Below, piece by piece: positions 19,319-29,648 of a DNA stretch of 57,084 nt. The stretch is from Candidatus Binatia bacterium (lineage in GTDB: Bacteria; Desulfobacterota; Binatia; Bin18), in assembly GCA_963666315.2 (NCBI GenBank), contig CAXXHG010000011.1:1-57084 (forward strand), given 5' to 3'. Position 1 is the stretch's first letter, and each line of letters opens with the position of its first letter. Under the pieces are notes generated by a model. It made no database searches. It was not told the DNA's origin and saw only the letters and a program-made list of their open reading frames with translations. Both the position numbers and the translations under genes were made by a program.

Positions 19319-20740
19319 TCAGTTGTGAGACCCGTCGATTTCAGCCTCGTGGCTCCCCGCGGTGGAAGAACACATCGTGTGATACTCAGGCTCAAAGAAG
19401 AAGTGCGATTTCCCAAACGCCGGCTTGAGCTGATTCAGCCAGGTCGCCTGGGGATCGAACTGAGCAAAAAACGGACGTTGGACCCAGTCCGGATTGCGAC
19501 CTTGGATAAAACGCAGAACAAAGACTTTTTCCCCGCCTATTTCGGTGATTCCTTGGACCTCGACCTTACCCGGGCATGCGCTCATTGACGGTCCGCGAGC
19601 CGTGCGCGCAAGGCCGGAGACTTGGGAGATAGCCGTACGATAAATGTCCCACGCCTGGGTCAGCGACACCTCGAAATAGCACCGAGCGCCAGTGTCTCGC
19701 TCAACAAACATATAGTACGGAATGATGCCGAGTCGGACTTGCGTCCGCCACAGCCGAGTCCAAATCGACGCCTCATCATTAATGTGAGCCAGCAACGGCC
19801 CTTGGCCACGAATGACGGCTCCGGTGGAGCGTACGCGGCGAATGGCCTCCTGGACCTGAGGCGGTTCCAATTCGCGCCAGTGGTTCAGGTGGGCCATGAT
19901 GGCGACATGTTTTCCGGCTGCCACAAGCTCCTCAAACAGATACATCAGGTCATCTGCGTCATCATCGCTGGTGAAGCGATACGGCCAGTAGGTGAGCGCT
20001 TTCGAGCCAATGCGTATGGTCTGGATATGGGCAAATTCAGGCTGCAGTAAAGGGCGCAAGTAGTCGGCCAAGTGGTGGGTTTTCATGACCATCGGATCGC
20101 CACCGGTCATGAGCAAATCACTCACCTGCGGATGAGCGGCGAGATAGCGGTGTAACTGCCCAGCGTCATTCGAGGCAAAACGTAGTTCCCGAATACCGAC
20201 AAATTGGGCCCAACGAAAGCAGAAGGTGCAGTAGGCGTGACACGTCTGACCCTGGCTCGGGAAGAAGAGCACCGTCTCCCGATATTTATGTTGCATGCCC
20301 GGAACTTCCTGGCCATCTGCCTGCGGGACATTCATTTGCTGCTGGCCGGCCGGGTGGGGGTTGAGCCCGCTCCGTATCTCATCGGCCAGCGCTTTCACCT
20401 CGGCTCGATCCGCACCCTTTTTGAGCAAGGCGGCCATGCAGTCAAACTCTTCGGGCATCAGCATACCCGGCTGGGGAAAAGTCAGTTGGAATATCGGATC
20501 AGCAGGAATATTGTTCCAGTCAATAAGATGCTCAATAACGTACGGATTAATCCGAAAGGGCAGCACCTGGGCAACAACGCGCATATTGAAGCGTTGCTCT
20601 TCAGACAGTCTTTTAAGTTGCGGAAGTTGGTCTAAATGGCGCTCATTATACACTTTAAAGCGGGGAGCATCGGTCTGGGGAAGAGAGGATATTTCTACAT
20701 GATGCGGCATATCAAGATCTTGAGATATTTCGTTCAGCAT
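19319..20740 (-). CDS. KamA-family radical SAM (lysine 2,3-aminomutase-like) enzyme
   Basis: HKYRETVLFF, CHAYCTFCFR, LMTGGDPM, IRIGSK, PYYMF, PGK (PLP Lys). Confidence 0.9.
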   Translation of the reverse strand: MLNEISQDLDMPHHVEISSLPQTDAPRFKVYNERHLDQLPQLKRLSEEQRFNMRVVAQVLPFRINPYVIEHLIDWNNIPADPIFQLTFPQPGMLMPEEFDCMAALLKKGADRAEVKALADEIRSGLNPHPAGQQQMNVPQADGQEVPGMQHKYRETVLFFPSQGQTCHAYCTFCFRWAQFVGIRELRFASNDAGQLHRYLAAHPQVSDLLMTGGDPMVMKTHHLADYLRPLLQPEFAHIQTIRIGSKALTYWPYRFTSDDDADDLMYLFEELVAAGKHVAIMAHLNHWRELEPPQVQEAIRRVRSTGAVIRGQGPLLAHINDEASIWTRLWRTQVRLGIIPYYMFVERDTGARCYFEVSLTQAWDIYRTAISQVSGLARTARGPSMSACPGKVEVQGITEIGGEKVFVLRFIQGRNPDWVQRPFFAQFDPQATWLNQLKPAFGKSHFFFEPEYHTMCSSTAGSHEAEIDGSHN

Positions 20741-21046
20741 AGGATCCCTCCTCTTAGGAGCTACGACTTTCCACGTCGAGTGTGAGGAAAGTGGGTAGCT
20801 CTAGCCTGCCTAGAGAAGGAGGACTGTAGAAAGAAATCCACGAAAAGTCAATTTTAAATGAGCCAATAAATAAAACAGTTTTTGAATATGTCCTCAATTT
20901 TTCCAATGTCAAGAAGACTGTATTTTTCCTTTTAAAATAACCTATAAAAAACGAATAATTGCGCTTCATTGCACCGACTTACAAATAACACAACGTTTGT
21001 TATCAACGTCTTGAGAGGTCTAGAGAAATCGACGTTTAGGACTGAC

Positions 21047-21078
21047 AAAGAGGGGGCGTCTCGTTTGAGGCGCCCCTT
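21047..21078 (-). terminator. Rho-independent terminator after clpB
   Basis: Minus strand GGGGCGCCTC-AAAC-GAGACGCCCC followed by CTCTTT, about 30 nt past the stop. Confidence 0.7.
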
Positions 21079-21106
21079 CATTATTTGGAGGAGGCTGATC
21101 TCGGTT

Positions 21107-23722
21107 TCAGGCCGCAGCAGCCAGAGGAGCAGAATCAAAGGTGAGGGTGTGGCCGTCGTAGTCAACGCTGACGTGTGTATGCTCTGTCACCTCACCGGCA
21201 ATGAGCTTACGTCCGAGATGCGTCTCGATCTCTTTCTGCAGCAGGCGCTTGAGCGGGCGAGCGCCATAGGTTGGATCATAGCCCGTCTGTACGAAATGCT
21301 CTTTGGCACGTTCGCTCAACTCGATGGTGATCTGGCGCTCAGCCAACCGGTCTCGGAGGTGCCCGAGCTGAATATCAACGATCTGTTTCAGCTGCTCCTG
21401 AGTGAGGCTATGGAAAACCACGATCTCGTCAACGCGATTAAGGAATTCAGGTCGGAATTGCGTGCGGAGTGCGTCCAGAACTTCCCGCTGCATACGCTCA
21501 TAGGCCTCGGCATCATCCTTGCCGTGATAGCCGAGGATGAGTTGACTGCCGACATTTGAGGTCATGATGATGACCGTATTCTTAAAATCTACGGTTCGGC
21601 CATGCCCGTCTGTCAGTCGTCCGTCATCCAGGATCTGGAGCAGTACATTGAACACGTCAGGATGGGCCTTTTCAATCTCATCAAAGAGAAGGACCGCATA
21701 CGGCTTGCGTCGCACCGCTTCGGTCAGCTGGCCGCCTGCGTCATAGCCGACATAACCCGGAGGGGCCCCTATCAGGCGCGCCACAGTATGCTTCTCCATG
21801 TATTCGGACATATCGAGACGAACCATATTCGCTTCGTCATCGAACAGGAACTCAGCCAGCGCACGTCCGAGTTCGGTTTTTCCAACACCCGTCGGACCGA
21901 GAAAGATGAATGATCCAATGGGCCGATCGGGATCTTTGAGGCCGGAACGGGCCCGAATGACGGCGTCGGTTACCGCGTTTACAGCCTCGTCCTGCCCAAT
22001 CAGTCGCTGGTGCAGCAGTGCATCAAGATGCAATAATTTCTCGCGTTCGCCTTCGAGCAGTTTGGCCACTCGGATACCCGTCCAACGACCGACGATGTCG
22101 GCAATATCGTCCTCATCAACTTCTTCTTTCAGGAGCCGGCTCGCGCCTTGTGGCCCTTGGAGCCGATCTTCCCCGTCAGCCAGATCACGCTCAAGTTGAG
22201 CCAGCATCCCGTATTTCAGCTCGGCAACCTGATTCAGATCATAGTCACGCTCGGCCGTGTCAATGGCGCGTTTGGTTTGCTCGATCTCTTCCTTCAGACC
22301 GCGCAGCGTGCCTATAGCTGCCTTCTCCACCTCCCAGCGTGTCCTGAGCGCATCGGCATCTGCTTTGCAATCCGCGAGTTCTTGTTCCAGCTTTTCAAGC
22401 CGAGCCTGGGAGGCTTGATCCGTTTCCTTACGCAGCGCTTCCCGCTCGATTTCAAGCTGCATGACCCGCCGAGAGACCTCGTCCAGCTCAGTCGGCATAG
22501 AATCGATTTCGGTCCGCAGCACGGCTGCGGCTTCATCAACAAGGTCAATAGCTTTATCCGGCAAAAAACGATCGCTGATATAGCGCTGCGACAGGACCGC
22601 AGCGGTCACGAGCGCGGCATCCTTAATCCGAACGCCATGGTGGATTTCATACCGTTCGCGCAGTCCGCGCAGAATAGAAATCGTATCTTCGACCGTGGGC
22701 TGATCGACTATGACCGGTTGAAAGCGACGTTCAAGCGCCCGGTCTTTTTCCACATATTGACGATACTCATCGAGCGTCGTTGCACCAATACAGTGCAACT
22801 CACCACGGGCGAGCATCGGCTTCAGGAGATTGGAGGCATCCATCGCCCCGTCGCTGGATCCTGCACCGACGACGGTATGCAGCTCATCGATAAAGAGAAT
22901 GATTTCTCCCTCTGACTCTTGCACCTCTTTGAGCACCGCCTTGAGACGCTCTTCAAACTCGCCGCGAAATTTTGCGCCGGCAATGAGTGCGCCCATATCA
23001 AGCACGATCAAGCGGCGATTTTTGAGACTTTCGGGGACGTCTCCATTGACAATACGCTGGGCCAAGCCTTCCACAATGGCCGTTTTTCCCACACCCGGAT
23101 CACCAATCAAGACCGGATTATTTTTTGTCCGACGGGACAGGACCTGTACGATCCGGCGAATTTCCTCATCCCGGCCAATCACCGGGTCGAGCTTGCCCAG
23201 CGTGGCCAGCTGGGTGAGATCGCGGCCGTAGCGTTCTAAAGCTTGATACGTTTCTTCCGGATTTTGACTCGTCACACGTTGATGGCCGCGCACTTTTTGG
23301 AGAGCAGTGAGAATACGTTCCCGGCTTAACCCTAGCTCACGGAGGAGCCGACCGGTTTCCCCGTCGTCTTCCAGCAGGGCCAACAGGATATGCTCGACGC
23401 TGACGTATTCATCTTTGAGCCCCTGGGCCTCCTTTTCAGAGCGGGTGAGCAGCCGTGACAAGCGCTGCGTTACATACACCTGGTCCGGACCACCACCGGA
23501 CACTTGAGGAATGCGACTGAGCACGTGTTCGACGCCTTCCTTGAGTCTTGCTAAGGACACGTCAGCCTGACCCAGAATTGCGGGCACTATCCCCTCAGGT
23601 GCATCGATCAAAGCAGCAAAGATATGCTCCACGTCAACGCCCTGATGGCTCCGTCGAGTTGCAATCGTGTGCGCCTGGCGCAGGGCTTCTTGGGATTTCT
23701 CAGTCAGGCGAGTAAGGTCCAT
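21107..23722 (-). CDS. clpB: ATP-dependent chaperone ClpB
   Basis: 871 aa; GDPGVGKT and GPTGVGKT Walker A motifs, coiled-coil M domain, GARPLKR. Confidence 0.97.
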   Translation of the reverse strand: MDLTRLTEKSQEALRQAHTIATRRSHQGVDVEHIFAALIDAPEGIVPAILGQADVSLARLKEGVEHVLSRIPQVSGGGPDQVYVTQRLSRLLTRSEKEAQGLKDEYVSVEHILLALLEDDGETGRLLRELGLSRERILTALQKVRGHQRVTSQNPEETYQALERYGRDLTQLATLGKLDPVIGRDEEIRRIVQVLSRRTKNNPVLIGDPGVGKTAIVEGLAQRIVNGDVPESLKNRRLIVLDMGALIAGAKFRGEFEERLKAVLKEVQESEGEIILFIDELHTVVGAGSSDGAMDASNLLKPMLARGELHCIGATTLDEYRQYVEKDRALERRFQPVIVDQPTVEDTISILRGLRERYEIHHGVRIKDAALVTAAVLSQRYISDRFLPDKAIDLVDEAAAVLRTEIDSMPTELDEVSRRVMQLEIEREALRKETDQASQARLEKLEQELADCKADADALRTRWEVEKAAIGTLRGLKEEIEQTKRAIDTAERDYDLNQVAELKYGMLAQLERDLADGEDRLQGPQGASRLLKEEVDEDDIADIVGRWTGIRVAKLLEGEREKLLHLDALLHQRLIGQDEAVNAVTDAVIRARSGLKDPDRPIGSFIFLGPTGVGKTELGRALAEFLFDDEANMVRLDMSEYMEKHTVARLIGAPPGYVGYDAGGQLTEAVRRKPYAVLLFDEIEKAHPDVFNVLLQILDDGRLTDGHGRTVDFKNTVIIMTSNVGSQLILGYHGKDDAEAYERMQREVLDALRTQFRPEFLNRVDEIVVFHSLTQEQLKQIVDIQLGHLRDRLAERQITIELSERAKEHFVQTGYDPTYGARPLKRLLQKEIETHLGRKLIAGEVTEHTHVSVDYDGHTLTFDSAPLAAAA

Positions 23723-23821
23723 ATGGAGATGTTCCTTCTTCTAGTCTACAACTTCACCCCAGGTCTTCTCCAGTTGTCCATATTATTTTATTTTTAACTG
23801 AGTGTGATATTCGATGAGTAA

Positions 23822-23849
23822 AAGATAAGGTCGATTCTCAACCTGTCAA
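23822..23849 (-). promoter_or_regulatory. Putative sigma70-type clpB promoter with palindromic spacer
   Basis: TTGACA-N16-TATCTT; AGGTTGA-gaa-TCGACCT inverted repeat spans the spacer. Confidence 0.5.
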
Positions 23850-23998
23850 GCAGAAAGAGCCTAGCCCACCAGCCCAAATCAGTACAGATCGGTACAGGAC
23901 CACTCCTTGCATCTCAGATTTTGCGACTTATATTTTCGAACACGGGCGACAGGCTAAAACTGAGATACGACTCACTGTAAGCCGCTGTTTTGGACAGG

Positions 23999-25369
23999 TC
24001 ACGCCGCGATTCGGTGGGACTCTTTTTTTCGTTGGTCCGTAAACGCCACGACTTTCCCGTGTCGCGTATCGGCAACCCATTCTACAGTGCGTTGCGTGGC
24101 TTCGATCACATGCCCGCACCACAGATCAATAAAATCTTCGGGAAGATCCTGATCGAGCGAAAACAGCTCACTCGCCGCGAGCGCCTTTGTCCCATCAAAA
24201 TCCACGTAGGCGAGGCGCGCCGTGAGCTCTTCTGCCCGCCGTTGGAATGCAGTGCCCGAAAGCATGGCGACTCCAGTATCGCGCAGGAGCGTCTCACAGA
24301 ATGCAACACTATTGGTGATTCCGCGTTGCGCGAGCTGAGCCATAAACTGAGAAAAATCGGGGAAGAGATAAAATGCCCCGACCGGCGCGTGGACACGCAC
24401 ACCGGCCTGCTGAAGAATACGCGTACAGCGCCTACCGAGTGCGGCCAGGATACGTCGCACGTGCCGCAGGTAGCGCTCAATCGCACTGCCGTCTTGAAAC
24501 GCATGGACGGCAGCATACTGAATGGGCGCGCTCACAGACGTATAGGTTTCGCTTGCTACGGCTGCCATGGCTTCCATGAGCCAGTCTAAATCCGACGGAA
24601 AGGTAAAGGTGCCGAGCCGCCATCCTCCAGCACCGCACCATTTCGACAGTCCAGAGCTGATAATCGTCCCTTCAGGATAAAATCGCGCGACAGAGACATG
24701 AGCCCCTTGATGGTGGAGTTGGCCGTAAATCTCATCCGACAACAGAATCACCCTAAAGCGCCGGGCTACAGCTGCCAGCTCTTCCAGTTCCAAAACCGAG
24801 TAGCTGCCGCCCTCAGGATTGCCGGGGTAATTGAGCACCAGGATGCGTGGCCGATCTGGGTCTATAGCGCAGATACGCTCCAGACAAGAGGGAGAAACGC
24901 GCCAATTCTCTTCGAACCTCGTGTGTACGAGCCGAACCTTGCGGCCCAGAATGTTTGCCTGCGGCACATACGACACCCAGGATGGAGACGGTACGATTAA
25001 CTCGCCGTAAAAGGTGAGTTGCAAGAGAAACATCAGTTCCTTTGAGCCCGGACCAACCAGGACGCCGTCTGGGCGGGCATCGACACGGTCTTTGTCTCGA
25101 TGAAACTTTGCCACAGCCTCACGTAAGGCCGGCAATCCGGTTACGGGCAAATAGTCGTTTTCATGCGCGTGCAGCTTGAGCGCATTCACTACTTCGATCG
25201 GAACAGGAAACGGCGACTGCCCGAGGCCGAGCTTATAAATGCGGCGCCCTTCGCGGCGTAATACGTCGCTCTGCTCATTGATCGCCAACGTCGCAGACAG
25301 TTGTAGTCCTCTGACGTTCATATTGAGACTGCCACTGCCGGCACTGAGATGGTCCTGCCTGGTCTCCAC
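23999..25369 (-). CDS. PLP-dependent aminotransferase class I/II (aspartate aminotransferase-like)
   Basis: SATLAINE, LGLGQSPF, GPGSKEL, NYPGNPEG, LSDEIY, GLSKWCGAGGWRLG. Confidence 0.93.
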   Translation of the reverse strand: METRQDHLSAGSGSLNMNVRGLQLSATLAINEQSDVLRREGRRIYKLGLGQSPFPVPIEVVNALKLHAHENDYLPVTGLPALREAVAKFHRDKDRVDARPDGVLVGPGSKELMFLLQLTFYGELIVPSPSWVSYVPQANILGRKVRLVHTRFEENWRVSPSCLERICAIDPDRPRILVLNYPGNPEGGSYSVLELEELAAVARRFRVILLSDEIYGQLHHQGAHVSVARFYPEGTIISSGLSKWCGAGGWRLGTFTFPSDLDWLMEAMAAVASETYTSVSAPIQYAAVHAFQDGSAIERYLRHVRRILAALGRRCTRILQQAGVRVHAPVGAFYLFPDFSQFMAQLAQRGITNSVAFCETLLRDTGVAMLSGTAFQRRAEELTARLAYVDFDGTKALAASELFSLDQDLPEDFIDLWCGHVIEATQRTVEWVADTRHGKVVAFTDQRKKESHRIAA

Positions 25370-25736
25370 AGTATCCTCTGCCTTTCGCCCACCGGCAAAC
25401 CCCTATTTGTCGGCGCGCTTCGCCCGTTCTTCACGGAAGGCCTCCATATAAAATAAACGCTGTTTTCGAGTCCTTCCTAAATTAATCATAGACCTAAAAA
25501 TTCCTGAAAAAATTTATGCAACGGCTCCAATCCAAAAACACCGGCCCGAATCTGATATGAGTACTGGAAATCTTGGCCGGGTCGGATTTCTCCGGCCCTA
25601 GAAAAGTATTCTGGAACGTCCTCCGCCCCTCGTCACAACCACCTCTTATACACTCTGCCCGATTTGTTTGGACATTTCAAATTTTGGGGGCAGACAACCT
25701 TCAATCCGAGATCGAGTTAAAGATACGGGACACAGG

Positions 25737-28700
25737 CTAATACTTCTTCTGCCACGAAATATGCGCATCACTAGACCCACCGGAACTGGTGGAGGTATCG
25801 ACCTGCCAATTCGGACTCAGCTGATACTGCATCGAGACTTTGCGCCCACCCTTCTTGGTCAGATCCTGAGCCACAGATACGTGCAGACCCTTTGTCAGGT
25901 AACGCCGAAAGCCTATGCCACCGCCGCTGAGATCAAGGTCTTGCAGATTCACGCCGAGTTTCTCAAGTCCTAAGGCTTGGGACACAGACTTGCCGATTTT
26001 TTCTGCGGCATAGCCTTCAGTGAGGGCAAGGGCCCGCTCCTGCAGGTCAAGTTTCTCGCCTTGACCCAAGGCATGCGCCGGTCTGCCAAACAACAGTACG
26101 GCCAGAATATCCGCGTGCTCTAACTCCGGCTGACTTTGCAAGACCAGAGTAGGCTCTTCGGCCGTGCCTGCAACAACCGCCTCAACCACATAGTCGGGCG
26201 TTTGGTATTGCGCAACGATGTCCAAAGACGGATTGATCTGCTTGCCTCCGGTAAAAGTCACTCGCCCGCCATCCAGTGTAAAACGACGCCCTTGGAATCC
26301 GGCCCAGCCGCGGACGACTTCAAGCCCGCCAGTTATACGCGGGTCAGCTCCTCGCGCCTTGGTGACCTGAACCTCTCCGGCAATCTCAATAGACGCATTG
26401 GAATGTTTAATGTGTGTATTCCGATAGATGCGGACTGTGAGATCCACTGTCGTATCCTGCCCCGCAGTTTTTTCAGGAGAAGTCTGCCCAGATGTTAATG
26501 CTTTTTGTGCTTCTTGCGTTAAAGCGGAACTGAGCGTCTCTCCTACGGGAATGACAACGATGGTCTCATCTGGTTTGACCGACTTCTCATTGAGAAAGGC
26601 GAGATCCGGACGAAGTGTTGCTTGGAGTACGTCGACCTCGCCGCTGACATGAGGGGCAGAGGGTGTCCCCTGCACGTCGAGGGCAGCCCCTATCTGGATA
26701 TCATATTGTCTCGTCTGGATGATCGGCCACTGGTCCGCAGTGAGACTGAAGTCTATACCCTGCGGTTTATAGTTATGTAAGCCTATTTTTCCCTGTCCCC
26801 GAATCCTGCCCTTCCCGGATTGCGCAGCTATGTTCTCAATGCGAACCGTCTCGGCATCGGTTACAAGAGCAACCGTAATATCAGAAATTGTCGTGCCCAG
26901 AGGGGCCACGGCGACTTGGCCGTTGCGAAGCTGCACAGTCCCCTGAGGCACCAGCTGATCGACCGGCCCACTCAGCGTCATGTCTACGCTGAGCTCTCCA
27001 GCAATATCGTTGACCTCTTCGCCGCTCAACGCATTCAGAAAAGCGAGACTCAAGCCAGTTGAGTACGCGCGGACATCTAGATCACCAAGAATCCGGGCCG
27101 CCACTCCATTGTTCCAGCTTATGGAGAGCGGCAGCCCGCCTTGTATCTGCAGGCTATGTTGGTCGTCCTGTTGAAATGCGAGGTCTACCGTCGCGCGCTC
27201 GTCCCTATAGGCAACGGCCGTTGAAATCCCTTTGTACGATCGTCCCGCGATCCGGAGTCCGGCAATGTTTATATTCCCGTTCAGGATGGGAGCCTGTGCA
27301 GTGCCTCGAAGCCGAATGTCCGTAGATACCGCGCCGACAATGTCGGGCATATCAGGCAAGAGGGAACGCAGCTCAGCCAGAGCGAGTCTATCAATTTGCA
27401 AGTGGAAATCTTGTACACCGGTTGTTGAGATCATCCCGTTCAGGTCAATATGCTGATCGCCATTCTCCAGGCGGAAGGCATCGACATGAATTTCTTGACG
27501 AATCTTCTCCTGCTGCTGCACAATAGAAGCCGGCTGTGCCAGTGTCCAGATACCATCTGGGAGCGCAATGACGAGGGTGTCCAGGACAACGGAAAGTTGG
27601 TCAGGCTTTTGCATCACCTCAGCTTTCAGGCGATGGTGGCGCGCGGCAGCATCCCGCACGTGCACAGACAGACGCACGCCGGGTGACTGCTCCTGGGTGA
27701 GGTCGAGGAGATCAAGAAAGTGGGCTTCAACGTCTACTGATCGAAGCGCAATCCCAGCGTCGAGATCGTGTAAATCGGCATGCAGAGTGCCCTTTGGCCA
27801 TTCCTGACCAATCTGAGCCAGGTCATATTCTACTACTGCTTTTTTGAGGGAGAACCCTTCTAGGGTGATTCCCTTTGCCCGGAGTTTCCCGGAGACATGC
27901 AGATCGGCCAGATTGCCTGAGGCTGCACCGTTCAGCGTGAGCTGTCCGGAGCCGTGTTGTTCAACCAGCGCCAGCCAGGGGGCAAAATCGCCAATGTGGA
28001 GACGATAGACCAGGTTGCCCGCCTCTTCTAACGCTGTGCCAAGCTCTCCTTGGACCGATAGCGCAGCATCCTGAGCGTTGAGCGTCACTTCAGAAATATG
28101 AATCTTCCCAGCAGCAACCGTGGCGTCCAGACGACCATCTTGAATATGCACTGGACCTATACTCGACGGTGCAAGGTCAAACACTACGTGTCCGTCTAGT
28201 GCGGACAGAGTAGTGCCTTGACCACGCACGCTGCCGGACAAATTGAGGTCGCTCGTCATAAGGGCAGACCCGGTCGCGCGACCCGTCCTATAAGCTGTCT
28301 GAGCCGCCACGTTCTTGAAATCAAGATGTTCAACCGACAGGCTTAACTCATATGACGGCTCTTGCCGGAGGTCGACTTTCCCGTCCCAGCGTGCCTGACC
28401 GGCCCCAGCCGCAATGCTCCCATGAATCTCCCCCAGCTGCTGTTTGATACTGCCGTTCAGCCCAATATTCCCAATCAACCACTCACCCAGACGTAGGGCC
28501 TGGACGTGCAGATCCGCCTTTCCGACGAGAACGGCAAGATCTGTCCCTTGCCCAGACACCTCAAGGCTGCCCTCAAGAACACCAGCAAACGTATCGTCTC
28601 CCAAGAGTCGCGCGGCATCAAAACGGGAGAAGGTCATTTCCCCTGCATAGCTTGAATGGTCTTGACTGAGATCAGCCTGGGCATGCACGGCAAGTTCTGC

Positions 28701-29633
28701 TTCTCCCAGAGCCAGCGTGACATCGGTGTGCAGGTCTGCGAGCCGGCCACTCAGCTGTATTTCTCCGGAGACGTCTGCTTTGATCGGCCAGCCAGGCACG
28801 GCCGCAACCAGCTCCGCCGCAGCCAGCTTTTGAATGCTCAGCGTGGCATCAATCTCCCCATCAAACGCTCTTGTGGTCAGGTCTTTGACCTGGCCGGCAA
28901 ATCGCAGCTGAGACTGTTCTGAGGTAAGCAAGACCTCGGAGACGTTGAGTGAGATAGCGTTGTCTGCGTCTTGAAATACCACGTGGAGTGCCGCTGACAC
29001 ACGAACGGTGAGCGGCGGCAGGGGCGGCGCGTCAACCTGGGCGGAAAAGTGGTCGAGGGTCGCAGCTATCCCCTCTTCATCCAATGCGGCATGAGCGACG
29101 AGATCAATCTGAGCCAAACGGTACGAACGATAGGCCTCTTGGCCGGCAAGAACGATTTCAATCGTCGCCTGGCGAACGTGCAGTACGCTCAGCAGGACGG
29201 AGATACTGATGCCGCCGACTGTCTTCTCTACAGGGTCCGGAACGAATGCTCTGACAAGATTCCAGTTGCCTTGGGCGTCTTGGACGAGGCGGACGGTCGG
29301 CTCGCTCACCTCAATGTGGGTGATATGGACCTGGCCTGAGAGCAGGGAACGGAGGCTATACTGGATCGTCAGCTGAGGAATCCGGAGGATTTCTTCTCCC
29401 TCGTAGTGAACGACAAAATCTGTGAGTCGAAAATCTGCCCACATCGAGCCTTCGATGCCGCCCAGACTGACCGCTGCAGGAAGGCGGGTATTGAGTGTAG
29501 AGACCAGTTGCTCATGTAGCAATTCCCGGAATTGGGCGGTTCGTAGAAAAAGCACTGTCCCAATAACGATGAGCACGAAGAGACCGCCGACAATAAGAAG
29601 AGTTCGCCGAAGAGTTTGCAATAGATAACGCAC
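25737..29633 (-). CDS. tamB: Translocation/assembly module TamB (DUF490)
   Basis: N-terminal TM anchor, long beta-taco-like body, C-terminal G.F.L..G.V.F.G...NPSLDI...LQSQPELEHADILAVLLFGR; directly downstream of an Omp85 gene. Confidence 0.9.
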   Translation of the reverse strand: MRYLLQTLRRTLLIVGGLFVLIVIGTVLFLRTAQFRELLHEQLVSTLNTRLPAAVSLGGIEGSMWADFRLTDFVVHYEGEEILRIPQLTIQYSLRSLLSGQVHITHIEVSEPTVRLVQDAQGNWNLVRAFVPDPVEKTVGGISISVLLSVLHVRQATIEIVLAGQEAYRSYRLAQIDLVAHAALDEEGIAATLDHFSAQVDAPPLPPLTVRVSAALHVVFQDADNAISLNVSEVLLTSEQSQLRFAGQVKDLTTRAFDGEIDATLSIQKLAAAELVAAVPGWPIKADVSGEIQLSGRLADLHTDVTLALGEAELAVHAQADLSQDHSSYAGEMTFSRFDAARLLGDDTFAGVLEGSLEVSGQGTDLAVLVGKADLHVQALRLGEWLIGNIGLNGSIKQQLGEIHGSIAAGAGQARWDGKVDLRQEPSYELSLSVEHLDFKNVAAQTAYRTGRATGSALMTSDLNLSGSVRGQGTTLSALDGHVVFDLAPSSIGPVHIQDGRLDATVAAGKIHISEVTLNAQDAALSVQGELGTALEEAGNLVYRLHIGDFAPWLALVEQHGSGQLTLNGAASGNLADLHVSGKLRAKGITLEGFSLKKAVVEYDLAQIGQEWPKGTLHADLHDLDAGIALRSVDVEAHFLDLLDLTQEQSPGVRLSVHVRDAAARHHRLKAEVMQKPDQLSVVLDTLVIALPDGIWTLAQPASIVQQQEKIRQEIHVDAFRLENGDQHIDLNGMISTTGVQDFHLQIDRLALAELRSLLPDMPDIVGAVSTDIRLRGTAQAPILNGNINIAGLRIAGRSYKGISTAVAYRDERATVDLAFQQDDQHSLQIQGGLPLSISWNNGVAARILGDLDVRAYSTGLSLAFLNALSGEEVNDIAGELSVDMTLSGPVDQLVPQGTVQLRNGQVAVAPLGTTISDITVALVTDAETVRIENIAAQSGKGRIRGQGKIGLHNYKPQGIDFSLTADQWPIIQTRQYDIQIGAALDVQGTPSAPHVSGEVDVLQATLRPDLAFLNEKSVKPDETIVVIPVGETLSSALTQEAQKALTSGQTSPEKTAGQDTTVDLTVRIYRNTHIKHSNASIEIAGEVQVTKARGADPRITGGLEVVRGWAGFQGRRFTLDGGRVTFTGGKQINPSLDIVAQYQTPDYVVEAVVAGTAEEPTLVLQSQPELEHADILAVLLFGRPAHALGQGEKLDLQERALALTEGYAAEKIGKSVSQALGLEKLGVNLQDLDLSGGGIGFRRYLTKGLHVSVAQDLTKKGGRKVSMQYQLSPNWQVDTSTSSGGSSDAHISWQKKY

Positions 29634-29648
29634 GCGTTTTCCTTTGCC

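Noticed and set aside
18984-20740. Radical SAM plus small Cys peptide as a RiPP (ranthi/sactipeptide) cluster
   Set aside because: The enzyme is KamA-type (PLP, no SPASM/RRE), the genes are convergent, and the peptide looks like a CxxC metal ribbon.
20745-21045. Lysine riboswitch upstream of the KamA-like gene
   Set aside because: No recognisable L-box conserved elements; the region is simply AT-rich.
23795-23820. HAIR (HspR) operator upstream of clpB
   Set aside because: The TGAGT copies are direct, not the required inverted CTTGAGT-N7-ACTCAAG.
25643-25653. CTCTTATACAC resembling the Tn5 mosaic end/Nextera adapter
   Set aside because: Only 11 of 19 nt match and the flanks diverge; likely chance.
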